From positions 1,815 to 65,814 of the forward strand of contig CAZODI010000008.1 in the NCBI GenBank assembly GCA_964578535.1: a stretch of DNA of 64,000 nucleotides, written 5' to 3'. A program made the position numbers and the translations under genes. This stretch comes from an uncultured Syntrophaceae bacterium. Its GTDB lineage: Bacteria > Desulfobacterota > Syntrophia > Syntrophales > PHBD01. This document shows positions 9,684-20,665 of the stretch, piece after piece (position 1 is the stretch's first letter; each line of letters starts with the position of its first letter). Below the pieces are notes generated by a model. It made no database searches, was not told the DNA's origin, and worked only from the letters and a program-made list of their open reading frames with translations.

Positions 9684-10237
9684 GAAAAGCTGATCTTGAC
9701 CGGCTGTTTCTCGGCCTCCGGCGCCTCGAGTTCGAAGAAGTCGGCCTTCTTGAACTCGAACCACGTGGCGACGACGTTCGAAGGGAAGGCCTCGATCCGG
9801 ATGTTGAACTCCCGGACGACGGCGTTGTAGGTCCTCCGGGCCCCCTCGATGGCGTCCTCCAGTTCCCGGAGCTGCTGCTGCAGCTGCATGAACTCCTCGC
9901 TGGCCTTGAGGTCCGGGTAGGCCTCGGCCACGGCGAAGAGGCCGCGGACGGCCTCGGTCAGGGCGTTCTCGGCCTTCGTCTTTGCCGCCGGGGATGGGGC
10001 GCCGGCGGCGGCGGACCGGGCCTCCGACAGCTTGTCGAAGAGGCCCCGCTCGTGGGCCGCATAGGCACGAACCGCCTCGGCCAGGTTCGGCACCAGGTCG
10101 TATCGCTTTTTCAGGAGGACGTCGACGTCCGCCCAGGTGGATTCCACGGTGTTCCGGCCCCGGACCAGGGCATTGTAAAGGACGATGCCGATGACGACGA
10201 TGGCGACCGCCCCGACGAAAACGACGAACATGAACAT
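9680..10237 (-). CDS. lemA: LemA family protein
   Basis: N-terminal TM then YNALV...WADVDVLLKKRYDLVPNL, EAYPDLKAS, R..YN..VREFN..I..FPSN. Confidence 0.92.
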   Translation of the reverse strand: MFMFVVFVGAVAIVVIGIVLYNALVRGRNTVESTWADVDVLLKKRYDLVPNLAEAVRAYAAHERGLFDKLSEARSAAAGAPSPAAKTKAENALTEAVRGLFAVAEAYPDLKASEEFMQLQQQLRELEDAIEGARRTYNAVVREFNIRIEAFPSNVVATWFEFKKADFFELEAPEAEKQPVKISFS

Positions 10238-10274
10238 GTCTTCCTCCTGAAAATGATTGTTTTCCTGTCCTGCC

Positions 10275-10694
10275 TCACTCGCCGATGATCTTGACGAGAA
10301 CCCGCTTCCTCCTGCGCCCGTCGAACTCTCCGTAGAAGATCTGCTCCCAGGGACCGAAGTCCAGCTTCCCGGCGGTGACGGCCACGACCACTTCCCGGCC
10401 CATGACCTGCCGCTTCAGGTGGGCGTCCCCGTTGTCTTCCCCCGTCAGGTTGTGGCGGTAGCGGGACACCGGCTCATGGGGGGCCAGCTTCTCCAGCCAC
10501 TCCTCGTAGTCCTGGTGCAGCCCCGGCTCGTCGTCGTTGATGAAGACCGAGGCGGTGATGTGCATGGCGTTGACCAGGACCATCCCCTCCCGGACGCTGC
10601 TTTTCCGCAGGCACTCCTCCACCGCGGGGGTGATGTTGACGAAGCCCCGACGGGCGGAAACGTTGAACCAGAGCTCTTCGCGGTATGATTTCAT
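10275..10694 (-). CDS. yjbQ: YjbQ/UPF0047 family protein (secondary thiamine-phosphate synthase-like)
   Basis: HITASV, NGDAHLK and [16 protein letters not shown] motifs. Confidence 0.9.
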   Translation of the reverse strand: MKSYREELWFNVSARRGFVNITPAVEECLRKSSVREGMVLVNAMHITASVFINDDEPGLHQDYEEWLEKLAPHEPVSRYRHNLTGEDNGDAHLKRQVMGREVVVAVTAGKLDFGPWEQIFYGEFDGRRRKRVLVKIIGE

Positions 10695-10812
10695 GGATTG
10701 CGGTTTCCTCCGGTGATTTGCAGCTTCCGCCGGTTGAGCGGCCTGCAGACTTGATCGGAGACCGACTTTAGCCTAATTTCCCCCGCCGGCAAAAGCCTTT
10801 TTCCAGGGCACG

Positions 10813-13455
10813 TCAATGATCCGTCGCCGGCAATCCGCCCTGTCCGGTCCGGCCCCCGTTCTTTCCCTCCAGGACGGTTCGCACACCCCGGGCCATCTCC
10901 TCCAGCCGAAAGGGCTTCTGAAGAAAGCCGTTGCAGCCCCGGTCGAGGATCTCCCGGGCCGCCCCGTCAATGCTGTAGCCGCTGGAAAGCAGGACCCGGA
11001 CCTGCGGATCGATCTCCCGCAGGCGGTCGAATGTCTCCCCTCCCGACATGCCCGGCATAACCATGTCGAGGATCACCATGTCGATCCCGTCCTTTTTCTC
11101 GTGGTAGACGGCGACCGCCTCCTGGCCGCTTTCCGCACATAGTACCCTGTATCCAAGGGCCTCCAGCATTTCCCTGGCGACGTTGAGGACCAGGGTTTCG
11201 TCGTCCACCAGGAGGATCGTCTCGGCTCCCCCCTCGGCGGTCGCCTGCGGATCCTCCTCCCGGACAGCGGCCTTGCGCGACGCCGGCAGATAGATATCGA
11301 AGGTCGTCCCCCGGCCGGGCCGGCTGGACACGTCGATCGCGCCCCCGTGCCCCTTGACGATCCCGTACACCGTGGCCAGCCCCAGGCCGGTTCCCCGTCC
11401 CATTTCCCGGGTCGTGAAAAACGGGTCGAAGATCCTCTCCAGGGTCTGGTCGTCCATACCGACTCCCGTGTCGCTGACGGAGATCTTCACGTACCGCCCG
11501 GGAGCGAGGGAAAGCGCCCTTCCATCCTCCAGGACGGCATTGTCCGTCCCGAGGCCGAGCTCGCCGCCCCCCGGCATGGCATGCCCGGCGTTCACGTAGA
11601 GATTCATGAAGACCTGCTCCATCTGGGAGCGGTCCACCTCCACGGTCCAGAGGTCCGGCCGGAACGATCGGTGGATGACGATCTCCTTCCTGGTCCTCCC
11701 GAACATGTCGGCGGTCTTCCCCACGATGTCGTTCATATCCGAGGGCTTGACCTCGTAGCGGCCTCCGCGGGCAAATCCCAGGAGCTGGCCGGCCAGGCTG
11801 GAGGCGCTGACGACCTGCTCCTGGATGTACTCCAGCCGGACGCGGTGGGGGTGGTTTTCCGGGAGACCGAGCATCATCAGCGAGGCGTGGCCCTGGATGC
11901 CCATCAGCAGGTTGTTGAAGTCGTGGGCAATGCCGCCGGCAAGCGTGCCGATGGACTCCAGTTTCCGGGAGCGGTTGAGCTCCTCCTTCAGCCTCTCCTG
12001 CTCCTCCTCCACCCGCTTTCGCTCGGTGATGTCCCGGGTAAAGCCCAGGATTCCCATTGCCCGTCCGGCCTGATCGCGCAGGAAGGTCACCTTGATTTCA
12101 CCCCAGACGACGTTGCCGTTTTTATGAACGTGCTCCACTTCAATGATCCTGGAGCGGTGGGGATTCCTGTTCCCGCTCTCTTCGGCGTCACGCTCCTCGG
12201 CAAAAATCTGCATGCACCTCTCCAGGGCGGCAGGGGTCAGTATATCGCCCGGCGACATGCCCAGGAACTCCTCCGCGGTATATCCGAGCATCTCCTCGAT
12301 GTAGGGGCTCACATAGGTGAACCGGAGGCTCAGGTCCGTCGTCCAGATGCCGTCCCGCGCGTTCTCCGCCAGCCGGCGAAACCTCTCCTCGCTGTCCCGA
12401 AGGGCGATTTCCGCCTTCTTGCGTGCCGTGACGTCGTGAATGATGGAGTGAAGCAGGTCCTTCCCCTTCACCCGGATCCTGCTGCTGAACCCCTCGACGT
12501 CCCGGATCGTGCCGTCCGCGCGGCGATGGCGGAACTCGAACCGGAACTGCAGTCCGGTCTTGGCCCGCTCGATGGCCGCTTTCACTTCCTCCGGACTGAG
12601 CGTGTTGATCTCGCTCATCTTCATCTGCCGGAGCCGCTCCAGCGGCCAGCCGTAGTACTCCACGGCCGCCCGGTTTGCATCGACGATTCCGGCGGTTTCC
12701 GGATCGATCAGCAACTTGACGGCGGCGTGGTTGTCGAACAGGTTCCGGTAACGCTCCTCGCTCTCCCGCAGCACCTCCTCCGTCTGCTTTCGCGACTGGA
12801 TCTCCTGCTGGAGCTTAAGGTTGGCTTCCTCTGCTTCTTTTTTCTGCTCCTCGAGGACGTCCAGGGATTCCTCGATGCGGTTCCGGAGCATCTCCGGCGC
12901 GATCACCATGACGGCGACCAGCATGGTAAAGATGAACAGGCCGGTAATCCAGGCCATGGCCGACCTGGAGGTTAGCATGTGTTCCGGGTGGATCGGGATG
13001 AAGCCGGTTGTCATCCCGACGGCTACAAACGCGATGGCGGCGATGCTGATAAGAAGGACGAGGATCCCCATCCGCATCCCGTAGAGCAGGGCCGACAGGA
13101 AGCAGACGCCGAGCAGGAGATGCATGCCGACGCCGCTCATACCGATGCGCAGGAGGATCGAAAAGGAGATCAGGAACAGTGCGGAGACCAGGATCAGCGC
13201 CCGGGCCCGGTAAGGCAGCCTCCGGGAGGCCAAGGTCCCCGCCAGGAAGATGCCGTACAGGCCCAGGTAGAGCACGGAGAACAGCCACCGGCCCTGCATC
13301 CAGGACTGGACGGCACCGATGGCGGCGGCGGGCAGGCCGAGGAGCGATATGACGAAGAGGATCCTGTTCAGAATGGTCCGGCGAAAGTCTGCGACTTCCG
13401 GTCTGTCGCTGTCCGGACGGAAGAAAATAAGCCTGGATCCCCGTAACTTCCCCAT
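10813..13455 (-). CDS. Membrane hybrid sensor histidine kinase (TM-PAS-PAS-HisKA-HATPase-REC)
   Basis: [12 protein letters not shown]-box, N/D/F/G boxes (DPFFTT, GTGLGL), receiver ILLVDD...ILDMVMP...LQKPF. Confidence 0.93.
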   Translation of the reverse strand: MGKLRGSRLIFFRPDSDRPEVADFRRTILNRILFVISLLGLPAAAIGAVQSWMQGRWLFSVLYLGLYGIFLAGTLASRRLPYRARALILVSALFLISFSILLRIGMSGVGMHLLLGVCFLSALLYGMRMGILVLLISIAAIAFVAVGMTTGFIPIHPEHMLTSRSAMAWITGLFIFTMLVAVMVIAPEMLRNRIEESLDVLEEQKKEAEEANLKLQQEIQSRKQTEEVLRESEERYRNLFDNHAAVKLLIDPETAGIVDANRAAVEYYGWPLERLRQMKMSEINTLSPEEVKAAIERAKTGLQFRFEFRHRRADGTIRDVEGFSSRIRVKGKDLLHSIIHDVTARKKAEIALRDSEERFRRLAENARDGIWTTDLSLRFTYVSPYIEEMLGYTAEEFLGMSPGDILTPAALERCMQIFAEERDAEESGNRNPHRSRIIEVEHVHKNGNVVWGEIKVTFLRDQAGRAMGILGFTRDITERKRVEEEQERLKEELNRSRKLESIGTLAGGIAHDFNNLLMGIQGHASLMMLGLPENHPHRVRLEYIQEQVVSASSLAGQLLGFARGGRYEVKPSDMNDIVGKTADMFGRTRKEIVIHRSFRPDLWTVEVDRSQMEQVFMNLYVNAGHAMPGGGELGLGTDNAVLEDGRALSLAPGRYVKISVSDTGVGMDDQTLERIFDPFFTTREMGRGTGLGLATVYGIVKGHGGAIDVSSRPGRGTTFDIYLPASRKAAVREEDPQATAEGGAETILLVDDETLVLNVAREMLEALGYRVLCAESGQEAVAVYHEKKDGIDMVILDMVMPGMSGGETFDRLREIDPQVRVLLSSGYSIDGAAREILDRGCNGFLQKPFRLEEMARGVRTVLEGKNGGRTGQGGLPATDH

Positions 13456-13493
13456 GTCCGTCTCTCGCCGGTCCTTCTCTCACCCGGAGACCT

Positions 13494-15119
13494 TCACGGA
13501 CCCGGAGTGCTCAAATGGACGCCCGCGGTAAGATAGACGCGGACGATGGTCCCTTTCCCCTCTTGTGATTCCACGGTCATGCAGCCGTTGTGCCTGCCGA
13601 CGACGGCATGGCAGACCGACAGGCCCAACCCCATCCCCTTTTCCGCACCCCGCTGCTTGGTGGAGTAATAAGGATCGAAAATGAGCGGCAGCTCGTCCTT
13701 CGGGATGCCTTTTCCCGTATCCTCCATGGAAATCCGGATGTAAGGGCCTTCCGGAACAGGCAGTCCGTCCGCGGCCGCTACCCGGATGTTCCCGATCCGG
13801 ACCTTGAGGCTGCCCCCATCAGGCATCGCCTCCACGGCATTGACGGCCAGGTTCCGGACGACCTGGCTAAGCTGCCGTTCATCCGCTTCCAGGGCCCACA
13901 GATCGGCGTCCATGAAGAATTCCGTTTCCACCGGCCATTCCCCGACGCTCCGCAGGACGGTGTTTTTAACCAAATCAGCAATGTCGATGATTTCCTTGAA
14001 CGGCTCCCCTCCCTTGGAGAAGGTGAGCAGCAGACCCGTCAGCTCCATTGCCTGGTTGACGGCATTCCGGGCGGCCGAGAGACGGGCATGCGACGTCCCC
14101 CCCTCGGGAGCGTCCGTCATCAGCAGTTCGAGGTAGCCCTGGACGACGGCGAGGACATTGTTGAAATCATGGGCGATCCCTCCCGCCAGCGTGCCGATCG
14201 ACTCCAGCTTGTGGATCTTGATCTGCTCTTCCTCGGCCCGCTTGCGTTCCGTGACATCCCGGTTCAGGATGATCAGCCTCACGGGCTCGCCTCCACCATC
14301 CAGCAAAACCATCCCGTTGGCCTGGATATGCCGGGTCACCTCGTCAGAACGGACGATGCGGTACTCGGTGTTGAATCCCTTTTCCCCGATCGTCCGGGGG
14401 ATGTAATCCCTCAGCGCCCGGTCGCGGTCTTCCGGGTGAACGCGGTTCAGCCAGTCGTCCCGGGTGACGCAGGAATCCCTGGAAACGCCGAACATCTCGT
14501 ACATCCTGTCGTTGCAGATCACGGTGTCCTTCCGGATGTCCCAATCCCAGACGCCGAAGGAACCCGACTCCAGGGCCAGGGCGAGGCGCCGTTCGTTCTC
14601 TTCCAGCTCCCTGTATGCTTTCCGGACAGTCCGCAGCGGGAATCGCTGGAAGAGCAGGAAAATCAAGATCCCCATCATGACGGAGCTGACGCCGACGATG
14701 ACCGTCTGCAGAAGAAGTGGGGTGATGGAACGGGTGATCTCGACGTTCGCCACCACTCTGCCTGCATCATGGACAGGGGCACGGAACGTGACCAGGGGAC
14801 CTGTCAGGGATTCCTCGGTCCGGGCGATGACCTGTCCTTTCAGGTCCTTGACGGCCCTCGACTGCCCGATATCGTAATCGAGCCTGTTTTCCAGGATCTC
14901 CCGGAGGCGTAACTCCTCGAACTGCCAGGTTTCCGGATTCCGGACGACGAGCTCTTCCACGGTCCGTGCGGAAAATGCAAGCTCCGCGTTCACGCCTCCC
15001 TGCATGTTTTCATACGAGACGATGAAATAGCCCACGGGCACGCAGACGGCCACGACAAGGCTGATGACGACCACCAGGATCGATGCGATTCGGGTGATGG
15101 ACGGGACAGGCTTTTTCAT
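13494..15119 (-). CDS. Membrane PAS sensor histidine kinase without receiver
   Basis: Two TM, PAS (FGVWDWD), [24 protein letters not shown]. Confidence 0.92.
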   Translation of the reverse strand: MKKPVPSITRIASILVVVISLVVAVCVPVGYFIVSYENMQGGVNAELAFSARTVEELVVRNPETWQFEELRLREILENRLDYDIGQSRAVKDLKGQVIARTEESLTGPLVTFRAPVHDAGRVVANVEITRSITPLLLQTVIVGVSSVMMGILIFLLFQRFPLRTVRKAYRELEENERRLALALESGSFGVWDWDIRKDTVICNDRMYEMFGVSRDSCVTRDDWLNRVHPEDRDRALRDYIPRTIGEKGFNTEYRIVRSDEVTRHIQANGMVLLDGGGEPVRLIILNRDVTERKRAEEEQIKIHKLESIGTLAGGIAHDFNNVLAVVQGYLELLMTDAPEGGTSHARLSAARNAVNQAMELTGLLLTFSKGGEPFKEIIDIADLVKNTVLRSVGEWPVETEFFMDADLWALEADERQLSQVVRNLAVNAVEAMPDGGSLKVRIGNIRVAAADGLPVPEGPYIRISMEDTGKGIPKDELPLIFDPYYSTKQRGAEKGMGLGLSVCHAVVGRHNGCMTVESQEGKGTIVRVYLTAGVHLSTPGP

Positions 15120-15964
15120 TTTCCGGAACCGGCAACGAGGACGCCGTATTTCCCGGCAAGGGCGTGTCCTCTCTTCGAGTATACAAATTCCAGGAACTGC
15201 GAGGCAGCGACGGGAAGTTTCCCCGTCGTTGCAAAGAGGATCTCCTTGGCGAGCGGGTAGGTTCCATCGGCAAGGGTTTTGCGGCTCGGCCTGACGCCGT
15301 TGAGCGTGACGACATTCAGCGGCAGCCTGGAGGCCAGGACGCCGGCGAGGGCGGCGGTGCCGATCCCCCCGGGCGTCCCGGAAACGGCCTCGTTTGACTC
15401 CGGATCGGTCAGGGCAATCCTCATCCCCTGCCGCTGGTGCGCCGCGGCCACGGCCGCGGCCATGCCCGGCGATATGCTTTTCAGGATTTTCGTTTCCGTG
15501 TCTTCGCGGGGTCTCAGGATGACCCGGACGATCTCCCCGTCGGGCCAGTTCTTCGTCCGTCCTGCATAGATGTCCTCCAGCTCCCGGGTTGAAAGGTTTT
15601 TGAGACGGATGTCCCGGTGGGTCACGACGGCCAGGGGGGTCCTTCCGAAGGGCCTCGATATCCCCCCCTGGGCAACATCCTCCGGCTGAAGAGGAAGGCT
15701 GACGACGGCGATATCGATCGCCCCGGCGAGAAGCGCCTTGATCGCGCCCGAGCTGCCCAGCGGCTTCGTGATTTCAAATGAGACGCCCCTCTTTGTCTTT
15801 CCGTAAGCTTCTATGAGGGGCCTCATCATCTCCAGGGGGGCTCCGGAGCCGTTGATCCGGATCGTCTCCCCCGCCCCGGCATCCTGCACACCCGCACAGA
15901 AAAGAAAAACCGCGAGGAAAAAAGAAAAGGAGAAGGAATGAATACGCCGGCGATGGATGTTCAT
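15116..15964 (-). CDS. PstS-like periplasmic substrate-binding protein
   Basis: Signal peptide, IRINGSG, LGSSGAIKAL..GAIDIA, DGTYPL; stop overlaps start of adjacent kinase (4 nt). Confidence 0.82.
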   Translation of the reverse strand: MNIHRRRIHSFSFSFFLAVFLFCAGVQDAGAGETIRINGSGAPLEMMRPLIEAYGKTKRGVSFEITKPLGSSGAIKALLAGAIDIAVVSLPLQPEDVAQGGISRPFGRTPLAVVTHRDIRLKNLSTRELEDIYAGRTKNWPDGEIVRVILRPREDTETKILKSISPGMAAAVAAAHQRQGMRIALTDPESNEAVSGTPGGIGTAALAGVLASRLPLNVVTLNGVRPSRKTLADGTYPLAKEILFATTGKLPVAASQFLEFVYSKRGHALAGKYGVLVAGSGK

Positions 15965-16077
15965 GGTCTTCTCCTCAACAGGGGTTGCACGCATCGTTCG
16001 AGATCCGTCTCATCCGGATCGCAAGGCCATGAACGGCATCCGGGATGGTATCCGGGTTCGGCGCCATTGCGAATCCC

Positions 16078-16863
16078 TTATGGTTTCAACAGACCGGAGA
16101 GATCCGCCTCCGGCAGATAGCGCCGGTATATCTTTTCGAAGGTTCCATCCGCCTTCATGGCATCCAGGGTGGCCTGCCATCTCCGGACGGTCTCGACGGG
16201 GGTGCCTCGGGACATGGCAATGTAGAAATATGTATTGCTCATGGTGTATGTCGGCTCCAGGTCATTCATGCTGAAGCCCGCACGTTTCACAATCTCCGGA
16301 ACCGTGATGTCGGTAAAGACGGCCAACTGGACCTCGCCCTTCATGAGCTGCCTGACGCCGGTGACCGGGAGGGGCGAGCTGAGGAGATTCGTGAATCCCC
16401 TGCTCTTCAGGTATTGTTCCGTGAACCAGCCCGTCGTTGTGGCAATCGCGCGGACTTTCCTTGCCTCATCGAGGCTCTGGAGCCGGATGCCGCCCCCTCG
16501 CTTTGCATAAAGTATCGAACTGTTTTTTCCGACCGGCCCTACCCACTGGAAGAGATTCTCCCGCTTTTCCGTCCGCTCGGTGCTGAACAGCACGACGTTC
16601 GGCCTGTCCAGGGCCGTCCGGTAGGCCTCGTCCCAGGTGACCAGCCGGATGTCGTCCGGCACACCCTCGCGGGCGGCGATCTCCCGAACCACATCCGTAA
16701 CGAAACCGGTGACCTTCCCGTCTTTCATGAATGTGACCGGCGGGTACTCCTCGGTCAACAGCAGAAGACCGGGAGCGCCTTTCAGGGCCTTCTGAAAGGG
16801 ACAGGCGCAACCGGCCAGAACGAGCATACCCAGGATCAAACAGAACCAGCCTGCTTTTTTCAT
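16078..16863 (-). CDS. Family 3 solute-binding lipoprotein
   Basis: MKKAGWF...LAGC lipobox; LTEEYPP, RTEKRENLFQWVGP, DGTFEKIYRRY. Confidence 0.85.
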   Translation of the reverse strand: MKKAGWFCLILGMLVLAGCACPFQKALKGAPGLLLLTEEYPPVTFMKDGKVTGFVTDVVREIAAREGVPDDIRLVTWDEAYRTALDRPNVVLFSTERTEKRENLFQWVGPVGKNSSILYAKRGGGIRLQSLDEARKVRAIATTTGWFTEQYLKSRGFTNLLSSPLPVTGVRQLMKGEVQLAVFTDITVPEIVKRAGFSMNDLEPTYTMSNTYFYIAMSRGTPVETVRRWQATLDAMKADGTFEKIYRRYLPEADLSGLLKP

Positions 16864-16909
16864 CGTTTCTCCGTTTCTCGACACGTGGTTTCCGTGAAGA
16901 TATCGTCCG

Positions 16910-18154
16910 TCAGCGACGATCCGGCTTTGCCTTGAGCCTGCCGGAGCAGACGATATAGGTCCGGCCGTCGCTCCCCTTTGCCGCCTGGAAGTAGGTCGTC
17001 TTGAAGTACAGGCCGCTCTCGCCGGGATGGGTGTAAATGTAGTCCTCCCAGCCGCTCCCGTCCTTCCGCGCCCGGGTGACGATCTCATCCCGGAACGCCT
17101 TCCCTTCCACGTCCGTCTTTCCCTTGAAATTGACACCCACCGTTTTGGGATTCTCCGCGTGGGCGACCATGGTCACCCCCGGATCGTACACGAAGACGTA
17201 GAGCGCCCGGTTGTCCCGGTCGCGGTAGGGCTGCTCGCCGGCGTTGATCCTGCGGATGGTCAGGGCGGCGTCCCCGGCCAGGTCCTTCGCCGTCTGTTCA
17301 ACCAGCCGCCTCGCCTGCTCCTCGGTGATCCCGTCGTTCCCGTAACGGGGCTTCAGGTAATGATCGAAGATCTCCTCATAGGCGCTGAAGCCTTCCCGGT
17401 TCTTTTCCCGCTTGAGATCATCCAATGCCTGCTGCATCCTCTGAACGACCTCCCGAGGCGTGTTCCGGCTCACGGCAAAGTAGAGCTCGCCCTCGTGGAG
17501 CCGATAGACGCTCCGGAAATTTCCGGCGTCGGCAGCCAGGTGCCGGATCAGCCAGAGTCCCGCCGTTTCTTCATAGGCCCAGGCATCGACGGTCCCTGCT
17601 TCAAGCATCCGGATCGCGTCTTCCGGCTTGTTCCGGATGGCGACGGACCTGCCTTTGATTCCCCCCCGGGCCAGGAGCTGCTCCCCGATGTCGTCCCGGA
17701 GCGCGGCGATCTTCAGCGTCTTCAGGTCGTCGAAGGAATCGATTTTGAGTGCCCGGTCCTTGCGGGCGATCAGGACGATTTTTGTCGGGGCGATGGGACC
17801 GACCCACTGGAAGAGCGTTTCCCGCTCCGGCGTCCGGGTCGCGGAAAAGAGGACCGTGTTTTTCCCGTTCCGGGCAGACCGGTAACCTTCAGTCCAACTC
17901 GTCAGCCGGATCCGGTCGCGGCGGAAATCGAGATTCGCCCTCTTCATCATCTCTTCGAGGAGATAGACGGAGATGCCTTCCAGACGCCCGTTTTCCCTGT
18001 AATTGAAGGGCGGATACTGCTCCGTCAGGAAAGTCAGTGATGGGTCGGCAAGCGGCCTTGCCATGCTCACCGCCGGTCGAAATGCAAACATTGCTGCCAG
18101 GAATAATAATGCCAGAAGACATGCCCGTTTGACGTAGACTCCTTTTCCGATCAT
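16910..18154 (-). CDS. Secreted family 3 solute-binding domain fused to a single Cache domain
   Basis: Signal peptide; LTEQYPPFNY...RTPERETLFQWVGP; C-terminal LYVFVYD...AHAEN...KTDVEGKAF...GSGWEDY...KTTY. Confidence 0.8.
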   Translation of the reverse strand: MIGKGVYVKRACLLALLFLAAMFAFRPAVSMARPLADPSLTFLTEQYPPFNYRENGRLEGISVYLLEEMMKRANLDFRRDRIRLTSWTEGYRSARNGKNTVLFSATRTPERETLFQWVGPIAPTKIVLIARKDRALKIDSFDDLKTLKIAALRDDIGEQLLARGGIKGRSVAIRNKPEDAIRMLEAGTVDAWAYEETAGLWLIRHLAADAGNFRSVYRLHEGELYFAVSRNTPREVVQRMQQALDDLKREKNREGFSAYEEIFDHYLKPRYGNDGITEEQARRLVEQTAKDLAGDAALTIRRINAGEQPYRDRDNRALYVFVYDPGVTMVAHAENPKTVGVNFKGKTDVEGKAFRDEIVTRARKDGSGWEDYIYTHPGESGLYFKTTYFQAAKGSDGRTYIVCSGRLKAKPDRR

Positions 18155-18334
18155 CCGTCCGTCCCTCCCGGGAGATTGAGTTGCGCAGGGCGGTTCTCAC
18201 CGCTCCCGTCCTCGACCGCTCCGCCGCCACCGGGTTTCCCGACGGCGTATCCGGCAATCCGGCCGTGTCCGGAGTTTCACACGAATCGCGAGATCCGTCA
18301 ATTGTTGCCTTCGGGAAGGGCCGGCCCGGCAGTA

Positions 18335-19972
18335 CTATTCCACGGAGAGCAGGTGCGACTGCAGATTGACCTTCTCTCCGGACAGGCCGAGCTTTTTCCG
18401 GATGTTGATCCGGTGCCGGTCCACCGTAAGCTTGCTGGTTCCGAGCATCTCCGCGATTTCCCGACTCTTCTTCCCTTCTCGGATCATGCTGGCCACCTGG
18501 GCCTCCCGGGGCGTCAACTTCCCCTGCATGGAGGAAAGGCCCGCCAGGAAAGGCGATGCGATTTCCCGCAGGTTCGCCTTCAGGAGATCCAGGTAGTGCA
18601 TGCCCCTGGCATTCAGGCCGCAGGATCCCAGCTCATCGAGGGCGGGCAGAACCAGCTGGTCGATGTTCAGCTGCAGCTTCTCCTCAAGGATCTTCCGGTC
18701 CTCCTCGCGCTGCTTCAGGAGATACCGCAGCGCCGAATTCGCTTCGCTCAACTGCAGCGTCCGTTCCCGGACCGTGGAGTCGAGGCTGTCGAGTATCTCC
18801 TTCAGGGCCTTCTCGGCCTCCTTGCGGTCGGTGATGTCCCGCAGGTAGGCCAGGATGCACCGCTCTCCCCCGAAGATCACCTCAACCGGCGACACTTCGA
18901 GGTGGATGCATTGGCCGTCCGGCTTCAGCACCCGGGTTTCGATCTGCCTCTTTTTCGCCTGTCCCCGGTTGAACCGGTCAACGGCATCCCGAAAGGCCGA
19001 CCGGTCGTCGGGATGGATGTAGGTGCCCATGACCGTTCCCAGCATCTCGCCCCGGGTCCGGCCGATCCGGTCCAGGAACGTCTGGTTGACGTAAACATAG
19101 CGGCTGTCCCGGACGATGACCACACCGTCGTTGGAGCTCTCCAGGGCCGTCCGGTAGAGCGCCTCGCTCTCCTGGAGCGCCTTCGCCATGCGCTTGCGGT
19201 CCGTGACGTCCCGGACAAACGAGACCGCCAGGCCCTTTCCTTCGTAACTTATAACCCGGGCGCTGACCTCAATGGCGATCTCCGAGCCGTTCTTGCGGAT
19301 ATTCCTGCGATCGAGGACACCGGCGCCGTCTTCGACGAGGCGCTTCACATCTCCCTGCAGCGGGAAAATCCACTCCGGGTCGATCTGTGCAATGCCGGCG
19401 CCAATGAGCTCCTCCCGGCTGTAGCCGAGCATCCGGCAGGTATTTTCGTTTACGTCGGAAATGTTCCCCTCGAAATCGTTGATGAAGATGGCGTCGTTCG
19501 TGTTCTCCACAATGACGCGATATCTTGCCTCGCTTGTCCTCAGGACCTCTTCGAGCCGCTTCTGCTCCGTAATGTCCTGCGCAACGCCCAGCATATACTG
19601 CTCCCCGGCTCTCCTGATGAGCGTCGCGGACAGGATCACGTGGGCCTCATGGCCGTTGCGGTTCCGGAGCCGCGTTGCGAAATCGACAAGACTTCCTTTT
19701 TCTGCCAGCTCGCGGAATATTTTTCGCCGATCGCCGTGATCGACGAACAGGTCGAGCGCCTCCGTCGTGCGGCCGACGGCGTCCTCCCGGGCGAGTCCCG
19801 TCGCCCTCTCCCATGCCCTGTTTACGTCAACGATCACGCCGTCCCTGACGCGCGTGACGGACATGGGCGCCGGGCTGGCCTGGAAAACGATCGAGAGGAT
19901 CTCCTCCAGTTCTTTTTCGGCCCCGGCCTCATTCCCATACGGTCTGTTGCCTTCTTCCATCCCCTGTTTCAC
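18335..19972 (-). CDS. Multi-PAS LuxR-family one-component transcriptional regulator
   Basis: Three PAS/PAC repeats; C-terminal LTPREAQVASMIREGKKSREIAEML...HRINIRKKLGL; no receiver domain. Confidence 0.9.
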   Translation of the reverse strand: MKQGMEEGNRPYGNEAGAEKELEEILSIVFQASPAPMSVTRVRDGVIVDVNRAWERATGLAREDAVGRTTEALDLFVDHGDRRKIFRELAEKGSLVDFATRLRNRNGHEAHVILSATLIRRAGEQYMLGVAQDITEQKRLEEVLRTSEARYRVIVENTNDAIFINDFEGNISDVNENTCRMLGYSREELIGAGIAQIDPEWIFPLQGDVKRLVEDGAGVLDRRNIRKNGSEIAIEVSARVISYEGKGLAVSFVRDVTDRKRMAKALQESEALYRTALESSNDGVVIVRDSRYVYVNQTFLDRIGRTRGEMLGTVMGTYIHPDDRSAFRDAVDRFNRGQAKKRQIETRVLKPDGQCIHLEVSPVEVIFGGERCILAYLRDITDRKEAEKALKEILDSLDSTVRERTLQLSEANSALRYLLKQREEDRKILEEKLQLNIDQLVLPALDELGSCGLNARGMHYLDLLKANLREIASPFLAGLSSMQGKLTPREAQVASMIREGKKSREIAEMLGTSKLTVDRHRINIRKKLGLSGEKVNLQSHLLSVE

Positions 19973-20017
19973 CGTTTCCTTCTTCGCCCCGCTTGACCGC
20001 CCACGGCAAAGCGGTCT

Positions 20018-20359
20018 CTACTTCAGTTCCCTGAACCGGGCCTCGATGGCCGTGATGTCCTCGATGCGGATCAGGGCGTCATAGAAGTCCCGGCCGGAAA
20101 GCTTCTCCAGGTGGACCAGGTGCTCGCCCAGGGCCTTCACAGACCCCTGGAAGGTCTTCCCCGAGCGGAGATGGATCACGACCTCTTTGCCGCTGTAGAC
20201 TTTCAGGTTGTCCCTGATCGAGTGGGCCGTCTCGAACGCCGCCCCTTCCACGGCAACGGCCTTCCGGGCCTGTGCCTCCGCCGGGAACCCGGCCAAAACG
20301 GCCGTCAGCAGAATCACGGCCGGCAGCACCCACCATGCAATCCGATCCGTTCGTTTCAT
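20018..20359 (-). CDS. Secreted hypothetical protein, possible Sm-like fold
   Basis: RBS AAAGGAGG; signal peptide MKRTDRIAWWVLPAVILL...AEA; GKEVVIHLRSGKTFQGSV...LIRIEDITAIE. Confidence 0.65.
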   Translation of the reverse strand: MKRTDRIAWWVLPAVILLTAVLAGFPAEAQARKAVAVEGAAFETAHSIRDNLKVYSGKEVVIHLRSGKTFQGSVKALGEHLVHLEKLSGRDFYDALIRIEDITAIEARFRELK

Positions 20360-20665
20360 AAAGCCTCCTTTCGGTATGTGAGAAGCTGTCCATCCTTTTT
20401 TCATATAGCATTTCCGGAGGAGAGAAAAGGGGTCTGCATTCCCTTCCGTCACAGCGTGTTCCATATCCAGGGATACGGACAAATATACTCGCTGCTATTG
20501 CATTCGCTTATTGGCGCAGGTATAAGATGCGCGTTCCCCGTGCGTGCGGGTGCGACTCCCGCCGTCCGCGACGGACCGGTCGGCAGCCGGCCCGGCATGG
20601 AGCGGGGTTTGCAGCGGACCGGCGGTCCTGCCGGACGCGGATGATCGATCAGTACAGCGAAGGAG

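Noticed and set aside
18266-18281. Crp-like site TGTCC-N6-TCACA upstream of the SBP-Cache gene
   Set aside because: Only 8 of 10 matches, missing the key G and A of one half-site; could arise by chance.
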